From Candidatus Latescibacterota bacterium (GTDB lineage Bacteria > Latescibacterota > UBA2968 > GCA-2709665), in NCBI GenBank assembly GCA_965205485.1, contig OZ242180.1:2944001-3008000 (forward strand): 64,000 nt of DNA. The letters are read 5' to 3'. Positions 29,339 through 38,583 of the stretch are shown piece by piece. Within the stretch, counting starts at the first letter, position 1; the number at the start of each line of letters is the position of its first letter. The translations under genes and the position numbers were made by a program. The notes under the pieces were generated by a model. That model saw only the letters and a program-made list of their open reading frames with translations. It had not been told where the DNA came from and made no database searches.

Positions 29339-30519
29339 CGTTTTTTCACCCAATCCAGAATCCGGTCTGCAACCTCGAGCTTGGGCATTTTCGGCAGCGG
29401 TTCCGGCTCACCCCCATCGATCAGCGTGACCACATTGGTATCAACGCCGAATCCGGCGCCCGATACGTTCAGATCGTTCAATACGATCAAGTCCAGGTAT
29501 TTCTCTTCGAGTTTCTTTCTTGCGTTGGACAGACCATTCTCGGTTTCCATTGCAAATCCAACCACGATCCGGCCATCTTTCCGGGCGCCCAGATCCACCA
29601 GGAAGTCTTCGTTCGGAACCAGATCCAGCGTTAGTCCGTTCGTGTTTTTCTTGATTTTTGCGTCGGAGACGGCACGAGGCCTGAAATCCAGAACGGCCGC
29701 CGTCATGACCAGGGCATCCGCCCCTTCAAATGCCGATTCGGTCGCCGTGCGCAGTTCAGAAACCGTTCTCACCCGGATCAGGTCCACGCCAGCGGGAGGA
29801 TCCAGATTGCCCGGGCCGCTCACCAGAACGACGTCCGCGCCGCGCTGCCTGGCGCGGCGGGCTACCGCGTACCCCATCTTTCCCGTGGAACGATTGGTGA
29901 TAAAGCGAACCGGGTCGATGTCTTCTTCCGTCCGTCCTCCCGTAACGACGATCTTTCGACCCGCAAAATCTCCGGATGTCACTGCCGCGGCGACGGCTTC
30001 GGCGACAATTCGCTGCGGGTCCGCAAGCCGCCCCATTCCGCTGCGGCCCGATGCAAGCGCGCCTTCCTCGGGACCAATCAGGCAGTATCCCATATCGGCG
30101 AGCCGCTGGAGATTGCGTTGTGACGCGGGGTGGCGGTACATTGCCGTTTCCATTGCCGGCGCCACCATCACGGGCGCCTCACTCGAGAGCACGGTGCACG
30201 TAAGCAGATCGTCCGCCAGGCCGTTTGCCATCTTGCCGATCACATTGGCCGTTGCCGGCGCGATCAGGATCAGGTCGGCCCATTCGCCCAGCTCGACGTG
30301 AATAACCTCCGGGTCTCCCGCCTCGGGAAACAGCTCGGCGTAGACTCGGTGGCCGGAGAGTGCCTCAAACGTCAGCGGTTGGATGAACTTCCTTGCCGCC
30401 GCAGTTATCGCAACCCGCACTTCGGCGCCTTCACGCTGCAGGCCGCGAAGCACTTCAACGGCCTTGTAGGCGGCAATCCCGCCGCTAACTCCCAGCAGGA
30501 TCCTCGTTTTTGACGGCAT
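29329..30519 (-). CDS. coaBC: Phosphopantothenoylcysteine decarboxylase/ligase
   Basis: GGIAAYK, APATAN, T.E.IDPVRFITN.STGKMG, VGFA.E. Confidence 0.95.
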   Translation of the reverse strand: MPSKTRILLGVSGGIAAYKAVEVLRGLQREGAEVRVAITAAARKFIQPLTFEALSGHRVYAELFPEAGDPEVIHVELGEWADLILIAPATANVIGKMANGLADDLLTCTVLSSEAPVMVAPAMETAMYRHPASQRNLQRLADMGYCLIGPEEGALASGRSGMGRLADPQRIVAEAVAAAVTSGDFAGRKIVVTGGRTEEDIDPVRFITNRSTGKMGYAVARRARQRGADVVLVSGPGNLDPPAGVDLIRVRTVSELRTATESAFEGADALVMTAAVLDFRPRAVSDAKIKKNTNGLTLDLVPNEDFLVDLGARKDGRIVVGFAMETENGLSNARKKLEEKYLDLIVLNDLNVSGAGFGVDTNVVTLIDGGEPEPLPKMPKLEVADRILDWVKKRWT

Positions 30520-30745
30520 TGCCATCTTCCGCTTCCATTTCGTCATCGACGTCGTACGAAATCTTCACTTTTCCCGTCGATAGGCGATCAAGCGACAGCG
30601 TTGTCGGTTTTTCCGCCTCGCCCGAAACGTCTCTCGCCATACGGGCCTGGTTGATCCGGCGGGACTCTCTCGACGCGGCGCTGACCGCCTCGTATGGGTT
30701 CATATCGTCGTTGCTGATCTCTTCGAGAAAGAAAATCCGTGACAT
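30485..30745 (-). CDS. rpoZ: RNA polymerase omega subunit
   Basis: N.YEAV..AS..SRRIN, KPTT.SL; position between gmk and coaBC. Confidence 0.75.
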   Translation of the reverse strand: MSRIFFLEEISNDDMNPYEAVSAASRESRRINQARMARDVSGEAEKPTTLSLDRLSTGKVKISYDVDDEMEAEDGNAVKNEDPAGS

Positions 30746-30852
30746 TTGGACCAAATCCTCCGTCTGTGTGGGGCATGGCTGCCCGTTGTCGAAACCGTAT
30801 CGCTTTACGTGCACGTAATCCGGACGATTTGACCGCCCGTCGCAAATACATT

Positions 30853-31518
30853 CTAAGGCACACTCCGGCGCCGGAATTCAGCGAGCAGATCCGGCGTACG
30901 CCGCGGCCTGCGCCGCTCAACGCGAATCAGTTCCTGCACATCGGATATGGCACGATCCAGATCGCTGTTGACGACGAGATAATCGAACTCCACGGCTTTG
31001 TCAAGTTCACACCGTGCATTCTCCAGCCTGCGCTTCAAGGCCCCAACCGCTTCGGTCATACGCCCACCCAGGCGCTGTTCAAGCACCTTGACCGATGGCG
31101 GGAGTACGAACACGCTTACGCACCGTTTGTTGAGCAAACGCTTCCACGCCGCCGTACCCTGTACGTCTACCACGAGCAGCACGACGCCGCGCCGTTCAAT
31201 TGCGCGCGCTATTGCCTCGAAGGTTGCGCCGTAGAGGAAACCGTACACCTCCGCCCATTCGAAGAAACAGCCTTCCTCCAACCCGAAACGGAACTCATCC
31301 TCCGAAACGAAATGGTAGTCGATGCCGTTCGTTTCGTCATGGCGTTTCGCGCGCGTGGTGGTCGTCACACATCTCCGCAGCGTGTTGTCACGATCCAGAA
31401 GTCCCTGTCTGATGGACGTCTTACCTGCGCCCGCCGGACCCGAGAGAATCACGACGAACGACTCGGGATGGCGATCCAGTCGTTCTTGAAGGGCCTCAAT
31501 TCCGAACGGTTTTTCCAT
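30853..31518 (-). CDS. gmk: Guanylate kinase
   Basis: SGPAGAGKT, TTR..R..E..GIDYHF, EWAEVYG..YG. Confidence 0.95.
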   Translation of the reverse strand: MEKPFGIEALQERLDRHPESFVVILSGPAGAGKTSIRQGLLDRDNTLRRCVTTTTRAKRHDETNGIDYHFVSEDEFRFGLEEGCFFEWAEVYGFLYGATFEAIARAIERRGVVLLVVDVQGTAAWKRLLNKRCVSVFVLPPSVKVLEQRLGGRMTEAVGALKRRLENARCELDKAVEFDYLVVNSDLDRAISDVQELIRVERRRPRRTPDLLAEFRRRSVP

Positions 31519-31538
31519 CTGTGGAACCGATCACGCTG

Positions 31539-32417
31539 TTATTCTATATTCTGAACCTGTTCCTTGAGCTTCTCGATCTCTTCCTTGACCCCGACCACCA
31601 GATGCGCAATTTCCGCGTCCCCGGCTTTGGACCCGATTGTGTTCGCCTCCCGGTGCATCTCCTGGAGAAGAAAATTCAGACGTCTGCCCACCGGTTCTTC
31701 GCGGTCGAGCGTCTTCAGGAACTGTTCGTTGTGACTGTGGAAGCGGACCGTCTCCTCGGTAATGTCGATGCGTTCCGAGAGGAGGGCGATCTCGGTAAGG
31801 AGGCGGTTCTGGTCGACATGCTCCGGAGCGATGAGCTCCCGGAGTTTCTCGTCGAACCTCCTGCGCGTGGACTCCACCTGTCTGGGCGCCAATTCCTGAA
31901 TCTTCGCAATCAGATCCTGGAGAAGATGAATGCGTTGGACGAGATCCGTGGCCAGCTGCCTTCCTTCTGCGGCGCGCATCGACTGGCATTGGGCAACGGC
32001 CTCTTCACAGGCCGGCACAACCGCCTGCCAGACGGCATCCAGATCCGGTGCGCTGGACTCGAATTCGAATACGTTCGGCATCATCGCGACCTGCAGGGGA
32101 TCGGGTGCAACGGATACCCCCAGGCGAGATTGCAGCCGGGCAAGCCCGTCCCGGTATCCCTCAAAGACACGTTCGTTCAGGACCGGGATACTCTGTCCTA
32201 GCGCGTCGCCAGCCACTTTCAGCGAGACGCTTATGTGTCCGCGGGAGAAAACCGAGAGCACGAGGTCCCTGATTCTTTGTTCCAGGGGAGACAGGTGTCT
32301 GGGCAGATGGACGGAAACCTCGCCGTACCGCCCGTTGACGGACCGCAGCTCCACCGACGCTCGATAGCCGCCGGTTTCGACTTCTCCCCTCCCGAAACCC
32401 GTCATGCTGACAACCAT
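31539..32417 (-). CDS. yicC: YicC/YloC family endoribonuclease
   Basis: SMTGFG, SVN.RY, DI.EE..R, GRRLNFLLQEM.REANTIGSK, EQVQNIE. Confidence 0.93.
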   Translation of the reverse strand: MVVSMTGFGRGEVETGGYRASVELRSVNGRYGEVSVHLPRHLSPLEQRIRDLVLSVFSRGHISVSLKVAGDALGQSIPVLNERVFEGYRDGLARLQSRLGVSVAPDPLQVAMMPNVFEFESSAPDLDAVWQAVVPACEEAVAQCQSMRAAEGRQLATDLVQRIHLLQDLIAKIQELAPRQVESTRRRFDEKLRELIAPEHVDQNRLLTEIALLSERIDITEETVRFHSHNEQFLKTLDREEPVGRRLNFLLQEMHREANTIGSKAGDAEIAHLVVGVKEEIEKLKEQVQNIE

Positions 32418-32469
32418 GCGTTCTCCCGGCGCAATACCGTCCAACTCGTGTAAAATTATGAAACTCAAA

Positions 32470-32498
32470 AAGATAGCACATTCACCAAAGCTTGTCAA
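32470..32498 (-). promoter_or_regulatory. Sigma70-type promoter of the yicC-gmk operon
   Basis: TTGACA-17 nt-TATCTT with TG extension. Confidence 0.7.
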
Positions 32499-32511
32499 CC
32501 CACAAACCTCG

Positions 32512-32745
32512 GAAGCTGTTTTAAAATTACCGGTGAGTTCCCGAGCGCGAGCGAAAAAGTGGCGGTTAAGAGGCACGAGGGGCGCGTAGTGCCGAGGCGC
32601 GAGGGGCGCGCAGCGCCGACGGGCGAATCCGCCTAAGAGAGGCGAGCAAGCGCAGCCTCGACCTCTCGAAACGGGTGGGTTTGGCCAACGCCGACCGGCG
32701 CTTTTGCAGCCGCGCGAAGACCACTGGGAATTTTAAGACAGCTTC
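32512..32745. mobile_element. MITE-like family A, copy 2 (longest; internal 24-bp duplication)
   Basis: Same arms and inverted ends as 10915..11103. Confidence 0.85.
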
Positions 32746-32861
32746 TCAGTCCCGATGCCGAAATTTGGAATTGCACGGCAGAGGGTGCAGGCGTATATTC
32801 ACGAAAAGCACTGATGTCACGTCTGTCAGCGCCGGCTTCACACGCACCGAAAGGAACCGTA

Positions 32862-33431
32862 ATGAACGATAGATACCGTTCTGCGGCGATGCACTTCTGC
32901 GCTTTGTTTTTGTGTCTGAGCGGTGTCCTCGCGCCTTCGGCATATCCATCGGAAAAGGACCTGGTCAAGACCGAGGTCCATCAGGTCGGGCGGGATTCGG
33001 AAGATCAATACATCGTCTTTCTGCGTGACAGCGAGACCGCACGACTTCTGCCTATATGGATCGGTCCCTGTGAAGCGATGGCAATCTGGCGCAAACTGAA
33101 TAACGAGACGTTTCCTCGACCGTTCACCCACGATCTGTTCCACAACGTGCTGCAGGAGGCCGGCGTTCGCCTCAGATCCATTGTGATCGACGAACTTCGT
33201 CCGCTGGAAGAAGGGGGTCTGGGGAGCACGTATTTCGCCGTACTTACCCTGCAGGGTCCGGATGGAACAACATTCAAATTGGACGCGCGTCCAAGCGATT
33301 CAATGGCGCTGGCCGTCAGAATGGGCCTTCCGGTCCACGTGGTTCGCGGCATCATGGAAAGCCATGGCATCCCTGAAAACGAGGCGCCTCCGAAACCGGC
33401 CGCGCCCCGTAAGACACCCAGGTACTTCTGA
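32862..33431 (+). CDS. Bifunctional nuclease (DUF151) family protein with signal-peptide-like N-terminus
   Basis: LPIWIG..EA.AI, RP.THDL, DARPSD..ALA.R; RBS AAAGGA. Confidence 0.85.
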   Translation: MNDRYRSAAMHFCALFLCLSGVLAPSAYPSEKDLVKTEVHQVGRDSEDQYIVFLRDSETARLLPIWIGPCEAMAIWRKLNNETFPRPFTHDLFHNVLQEAGVRLRSIVIDELRPLEEGGLGSTYFAVLTLQGPDGTTFKLDARPSDSMALAVRMGLPVHVVRGIMESHGIPENEAPPKPAAPRKTPRYF

Positions 33432-33540
33432 CCGCGGGAAGGAATCGCCCTGACACCGGCGGTACCGTTTCAAGCACCTGCCGGGCCGTCGCCGTGCCCT
33501 CGATGCGTGAAGATCACGAGGATGCATACGCATGGGCGTT

Positions 33541-34089
33541 TCACGACACCACATCGAAATCGTGTACGTCCTCGCCTGCCTCAATCGATAGAATATCGAG
33601 CGCGGCCGACGCGCCCTGGCCGGCGGATATAATCGCCTGCGTCTTGCGTAGCCGCGTACTCCAACCCACGACGTAGAGTCCTTCAATCGACGTGCGACCG
33701 TCCCTGTCGCACTCCAGCCCGTCCTGGCCTCTTTCCAGACCGATACTCACGCCCAGTTTCACATTGGTGCCGGCCGCCAGTATCAGATACTGCCCTTCGC
33801 GGGTGGCCCCTTCCTCCGTGGTCAAGGTGAATCCGGTCCGGGATTTTTCTATTCCCGCGACCTGCACGTCCTCAATGCTCGCACCCTGTGCCGCGACCTG
33901 ATTCCGGGAGATGCGTTGAAATTCGCTCCCGGTCAACTCGGGAATTCCCAGGTAATTATAGAGCATGGCTTTATGCATGGGGGTTGTATTCTGACCGAAC
34001 ACCGCCACGTCCATGCCGTTTTTGGCCAGAAACAGGGCCGCGCTCAGTCCTCCCGGACCATCACCTACCACCAATACCGATGCCATCAC
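33541..34089 (-). CDS. Short FAD-dependent thioredoxin-reductase-like protein
   Basis: VVGDGPGGLSAA, NYLG, RTS..G.Y, QAIISAG.GA; no NADPH domain or CxxC. Confidence 0.75.
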   Translation of the reverse strand: MMASVLVVGDGPGGLSAALFLAKNGMDVAVFGQNTTPMHKAMLYNYLGIPELTGSEFQRISRNQVAAQGASIEDVQVAGIEKSRTGFTLTTEEGATREGQYLILAAGTNVKLGVSIGLERGQDGLECDRDGRTSIEGLYVVGWSTRLRKTQAIISAGQGASAALDILSIEAGEDVHDFDVVS

Positions 34090-34101
34090 ATCCTCCTGTT
34101 A

Positions 34102-34263
34102 GAAGTTGTTTTAAAATTACCGGTGAGTTCCCGAGCACGAGCGAAAAAGTGACGGTCAAGGCGGGAAAATCCGCCCATATTTGTTTATACGGGTGGATTT
34201 GACCAACGCAGACCGGCGCTTTTGCAGCCGTGCGAAGACCGCTGGGAATTTTAAGGCAGCTTC
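34102..34263. mobile_element. MITE-like family A, copy 3
   Basis: Same arms and inverted ends; shortest central loop. Confidence 0.85.
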
Positions 34264-34313
34264 TTGGTTCGTTTAATGCATCTTGTGAGTAAGTTTGTCG
34301 CGATCGCGTTCCG

Positions 34314-36392
34314 TCACGATGGTTTCCGTAACAGCGCATCCAGTTGGGTAGGTGTTGTTACCGGCGCGGAACAGACCGAATCCCTACACACGTACGCAGT
34401 CGGTTTTCCATTAACCGTCGATTTGTCGGCAAGCAACGGAATGCGCCGGGACAGATCTTCCCGTTCGTCCGGATTCGAAAGAACGATCACCCGGCTGGAT
34501 GGCAGGCGTCCGTATGCGGTCTTCAGGAGATCTTTCGTCGCTGAATCCTCCGGTTCGCCCACCAATACGATCTCAGCCGGACGTCTGGTGAAGGTGTCCA
34601 GACCGCAAAGCATCTGGCCGAATCCGGAGGGCATTTCTCTGAGCATCGGTTCGAACAGCTTCAGGGTCTGCTCCGCCTTTTTCCACAGATCCGGCCGGTC
34701 GAGAATCGTACCCAGACCCATCAGCGAGGATACGGCCATCGAATTCCCGGATGGGATTGCGTTGTCGTACGGGTTCTTCGAGCGAACGATCAGTTCTTCA
34801 TTCGACCGTCCCGTATAAAAGAAACCCCCTTGATCCGCGTCCCAGAATTCCCTGAGCATCGTCTCCGTGAGCGACTCCGCCGCATTCAGCCATCGCGGAT
34901 CGAAGGAGGCCTCGTAGAGGTCCAGCAGTCCGCTGCTGAAGAAGGCGTAATCGTCCTGGTAACCCGGAAACCGCGCACGCCCGGCATTGTACGTGTGCAG
35001 TAGACATCCGGATTCCGTAACCATGTGTTGGAGTATGAAACGGGCCGCGTTCCGTGCCGTTTCCAGATACTCCGGTTGTCCGAGAACCTGAAAGGCGCGC
35101 GCAAAGGCCGAGATCATCAGCCCGTTCCAGCTCACCTGGATTTTTTCGTCTCGATCCGGCCTGGTCCTGCTCTCGCGGGCCTTTGCCAATACCTCCCGGC
35201 CGCGCCGCGTCGCCTCGTACAGGCGATCCAGGTCCACATCCAGGAATCGGGCCAATTCAGGCGCTTCAACGGGAACATTCAGAATGCTCTTCCCGTGTTC
35301 GAAATTACCCTCCGGGCGCACATCGAAGTACCTGCAGAACAGCCGGCCCTCTTCCTGCCCCAGCAGAGCGTGCACCTCCTCCTGATCCCAGACGAAAAAC
35401 CTGCCTTCCTCCCCTTCGCTGTCCGCGTCCTGAGTGGAATAGAATCCGCCCTGCGGATCGGTCATCTCACGAATGACATAGGATAGTGTCTCCTGCACGA
35501 TCTCCCGAAACAGCGGCTCTCCGGTGTGCTGAAAGGCCTCCAGATAGAGCGCGGTCAACAGCGCATTGTCATATAGCATCTTCTCGAAGTGGGGGACCAG
35601 CCAGCGATGGTCAACCGAGTACCGGTGAAATCCGCCACCCAGATGATCGTATATCCCTCCCCGCGCCATCTTACGCAGGGTGAGCAGTACCATATCCAAT
35701 GCATTGCGATTTCCACTTTTCTCGAATTCCCGGAGGAAGACCGACAGATTCATGGTGCCCGGAAACTTCGGCTGCGATCCGAACCCTCCGTTTTCCCAGT
35801 CAAAATTGCGGGCAATCTGCGAATACCCTTCAGAGAACAACGTTCCCGACAATTCTCCATCCCGGTTTCGCAGGTCGGTCAGCCGTTTCAATCCGGCCAT
35901 CAGGCGTTCGGCCGCCTCTCCCACCTTGCCCCGGTTGTCACGGTAATGCATGGCCACGGAGCGAAGTACGTCGGGGAATCCGGGGCGGCCGTATCGGCTG
36001 TCGGGAGGGAAATAGGTGCCGCCGTAGAACGGTGTTCCGTCGGGTGTGAGAAACACGCTCATCGGCCATCCGCCGCTGCCGGTCATCATCTGTACCGCAT
36101 TCATATAGATTTCGTCCACGTCCGGACGCTCTTCGCGGTCTACCTTGACGTTTACGAAGAATCGGTTCATTACGTCCGCGATTGCTTCATTCTCGAACGA
36201 CTCCCTTTCCATGACGTGGCACCAGTGACAGGCCGAATATCCGATACTCAAGAAAACCGGTCGGTCTGCCTTTCTCGCGCGTTCAAAGGCTTCGTCGCCC
36301 CACGGATACCAATCCACCGGGTTGTGTGCGTGTTGCAGCAGATAGGGGCTGGTCTCGTTTGCCAACCTGTTTGCGAATCGCGGTTTGTCCAT
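34314..36392 (-). CDS. Thioredoxin-domain protein, YyaL/SPATA20 (DUF255) family
   Basis: [54 protein letters not shown]. Confidence 0.95.
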   Translation of the reverse strand: MDKPRFANRLANETSPYLLQHAHNPVDWYPWGDEAFERARKADRPVFLSIGYSACHWCHVMERESFENEAIADVMNRFFVNVKVDREERPDVDEIYMNAVQMMTGSGGWPMSVFLTPDGTPFYGGTYFPPDSRYGRPGFPDVLRSVAMHYRDNRGKVGEAAERLMAGLKRLTDLRNRDGELSGTLFSEGYSQIARNFDWENGGFGSQPKFPGTMNLSVFLREFEKSGNRNALDMVLLTLRKMARGGIYDHLGGGFHRYSVDHRWLVPHFEKMLYDNALLTALYLEAFQHTGEPLFREIVQETLSYVIREMTDPQGGFYSTQDADSEGEEGRFFVWDQEEVHALLGQEEGRLFCRYFDVRPEGNFEHGKSILNVPVEAPELARFLDVDLDRLYEATRRGREVLAKARESRTRPDRDEKIQVSWNGLMISAFARAFQVLGQPEYLETARNAARFILQHMVTESGCLLHTYNAGRARFPGYQDDYAFFSSGLLDLYEASFDPRWLNAAESLTETMLREFWDADQGGFFYTGRSNEELIVRSKNPYDNAIPSGNSMAVSSLMGLGTILDRPDLWKKAEQTLKLFEPMLREMPSGFGQMLCGLDTFTRRPAEIVLVGEPEDSATKDLLKTAYGRLPSSRVIVLSNPDEREDLSRRIPLLADKSTVNGKPTAYVCRDSVCSAPVTTPTQLDALLRKPS

Positions 36393-36424
36393 GGCGGCTT
36401 TCGAACACCTGGTTTATGTTTTGC

Positions 36425-37810
36425 TCATTGAAAACACAACAATGTTGAAGCCGACCGACCCGGTTTCATCTTCATCAGCCAGCTTGAATTCCACGCGCCC
36501 CATCTGTCGGACCAGGTGAAGATTTCCCCTGTGGGGCGGGTCCGCACGAATCGTCCACCAGGCAATACGGCTTCGAGTATGAAATTGCCCAGCGTACATG
36601 CCTCGTTCCGGGGCACCTGGATGTCGAGCCGGTTCTCCATGCGCAGATGTTCAAGGCATTTCGCCGGTAATTCCATCCGGATCGGCGCGTAGTCGTTCGC
36701 GGGAGGGAGGTTGCCAACCAGCGTGCCGTTGAGGAATACCTCTTTGTCCTGGCGCAGCGCATGCCATCCGCAGAACCGGAGGGAAGCGCGCCGAATATGA
36801 TTCAAGTCGTCGTAAATCAACCGGGCATCCGGAGGATGGTCCATTTTTTCGAATGCCGAGAGGTTTCCGGCGCGATGCCAGACGAGTCGCGTCTCGACGC
36901 CTCTGTTCAGGTGGTGCCACGACGTTTCGACCGAATCCCGGCCGACCTGAACGATAAACCATCCCGGCGCCGTGTTCTCAAGGTAGCCCGGCCAGCAGGT
37001 CACCACGTCCTGGGGATACGGCAGCAGGTCCTGCACACGATCTAAAGGCGTCGGCATCTCGCTGGACAGGCCGATTGAAGCGCACATGCACTGCAGGACC
37101 GGTTGGCCGTCCGTACGGTGAAGCAACACGTTCTGATTGTGCGTATGCCCGCAAAAATAAGCGTCTACAGGGTGTTTCTGCAGTATTTCCGGTAGATCGA
37201 GATGGAGGTCGATATTGGTAAAAAAGGCCCGCGCAAGCGGCCAGACGGGATGATGTCCGAACAGAAACGTCCGATCGATCCCGGCAGCCTCCCGGTCATT
37301 CAACGTGAGTTCCAGCCATTTCCGCTGTGCGCCTTTCCTCTTCCAGGTGGGGGTGTCGAGGAAAACCAGCCGGCAGCCGGCGACGTCAAGAAAGAAATAC
37401 CGCTCCCGGGGCGTACTGCCCAACCAGCGGCCCAGATACGGACGAACAACGCTGTCAAACGCCTCAACCCGGTCCCTGTTTCCGCATGCGAACAGGAGGG
37501 GAATCCCGTAACCCTCGAAGAATTCCAGCCCTTCCTTGATCTCATCGACGGCGAGTTCGACGTCGTGATGCCCCTCCACCAGGTCTCCGGTCATGACGAC
37601 GAATGCGGGGGAAACTTCCTTCAGGGAAGCCATCATCGGCATCAGGACATATTGAACGCTTTCGAGGTATTGGTCAACTTGCAGGGGACGAAACGAACCG
37701 CCGGTCCCGGCCGTTGCTCGTCCGAACCTGGGATGCAGGAAATGCGTGTCGCCCACCACGGCAAACGTGAAGGGCTTCTCGATTCGTTCGCCAACCTCCT
37801 GGAGATCCAT
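36425..37810 (-). CDS. Calcineurin-like metallophosphoesterase with C-terminal extension
   Basis: GDTH, TGD, GNRD, GHHP, GHTH. Confidence 0.82.
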   Translation of the reverse strand: MDLQEVGERIEKPFTFAVVGDTHFLHPRFGRATAGTGGSFRPLQVDQYLESVQYVLMPMMASLKEVSPAFVVMTGDLVEGHHDVELAVDEIKEGLEFFEGYGIPLLFACGNRDRVEAFDSVVRPYLGRWLGSTPRERYFFLDVAGCRLVFLDTPTWKRKGAQRKWLELTLNDREAAGIDRTFLFGHHPVWPLARAFFTNIDLHLDLPEILQKHPVDAYFCGHTHNQNVLLHRTDGQPVLQCMCASIGLSSEMPTPLDRVQDLLPYPQDVVTCWPGYLENTAPGWFIVQVGRDSVETSWHHLNRGVETRLVWHRAGNLSAFEKMDHPPDARLIYDDLNHIRRASLRFCGWHALRQDKEVFLNGTLVGNLPPANDYAPIRMELPAKCLEHLRMENRLDIQVPRNEACTLGNFILEAVLPGGRFVRTRPTGEIFTWSDRWGAWNSSWLMKMKPGRSASTLLCFQ

Positions 37811-37819
37811 CCGAAAACC

Positions 37820-38293
37820 TCAAACTCCGCCGCCAGGCGGACCGCCGCCCCGCCGGCCACCGCCGCGTCCACGTTGAAACCCTCGCCGCATCCTCTCCAG
37901 ATAGTCGTCCAGAATCTTGTCCTGTTTGTCATTCAACACCGTTTTGACCTTTTCGAACATCGAGCCGCGGAGGCGGCCGAGTTTCTCCATAATCTGTTGA
38001 CGGTCGGCGCCGTTCCGCATCTCTTTCTGCAGTTCGGCCCGTTGGCCGTGAATCTCCATAAGGGCGTTTCGGACTCTGATCAACTGGTCGTCTTTCAACG
38101 CGATCTTGGCGTCAAACGCCAGAAAGCTCAGCGTCTGCTCTACCGGCAACATCATTCTGAGACGGCCCGCACCCCCGCGCCGTCCGCGTTCGCGACCGCC
38201 CCTGCGGTCTGGCTGGGCCGCCGCATCCACGGCAAACGCCAATACGATAATGGCAATCAGCGCAAGCCCCGTGATCCTCCCGCCTCGTGTCAT
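37820..38293 (-). CDS. Secreted helical protein (Spy/CpxP-like) with Gly/Arg-rich ends
   Basis: RBS GGAGG, signal peptide ending AAA-Q, VLNDKQ motif near C-terminus. Confidence 0.65.
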   Translation of the reverse strand: MTRGGRITGLALIAIIVLAFAVDAAAQPDRRGGRERGRRGGAGRLRMMLPVEQTLSFLAFDAKIALKDDQLIRVRNALMEIHGQRAELQKEMRNGADRQQIMEKLGRLRGSMFEKVKTVLNDKQDKILDDYLERMRRGFQRGRGGGRRGGGPPGGGV

Positions 38294-38396
38294 TGAAACC
38301 TCCATGGGGTTGAAATTCGGTTCAGGCGGATGTAATTCGGCCCGGATCGGGCGTCTGCGGTGTTCCTTAGACACCCGGAATCCGGGCGGCGTTCCG

Positions 38397-38562
38397 TAAC
38401 AGTCCGTTGATAAAGTCGCTCTGCAGGCGAGGCCGAGCCATTGTGGTCGAAGACAAGGCGCGCGACCGAGTCCCATCCTGCGATTCGGCGAGGAAGCGCA
38501 ACGAAGTATTTCGACTGCAAGGGCCGGCCGCAGCCCGGATGGACTTTTTCAACGGACTGCTG
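38397..38562. mobile_element. MITE-like family B copy (reverse orientation)
   Basis: TAACAGTCCGTTGATAAAGTC ... GACTTTTTCAACGGACTGC. Confidence 0.85.
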
Positions 38563-38583
38563 ATGCATCGCAGGTCTTCAAGA

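Noticed and set aside
32418..32576. Shared N-terminal peptides (RHFFARAREL.GNFKT) on the modA and yicC track ORFs
   Set aside because: Translation of family A MITE sequence upstream of the true starts, not a protein domain
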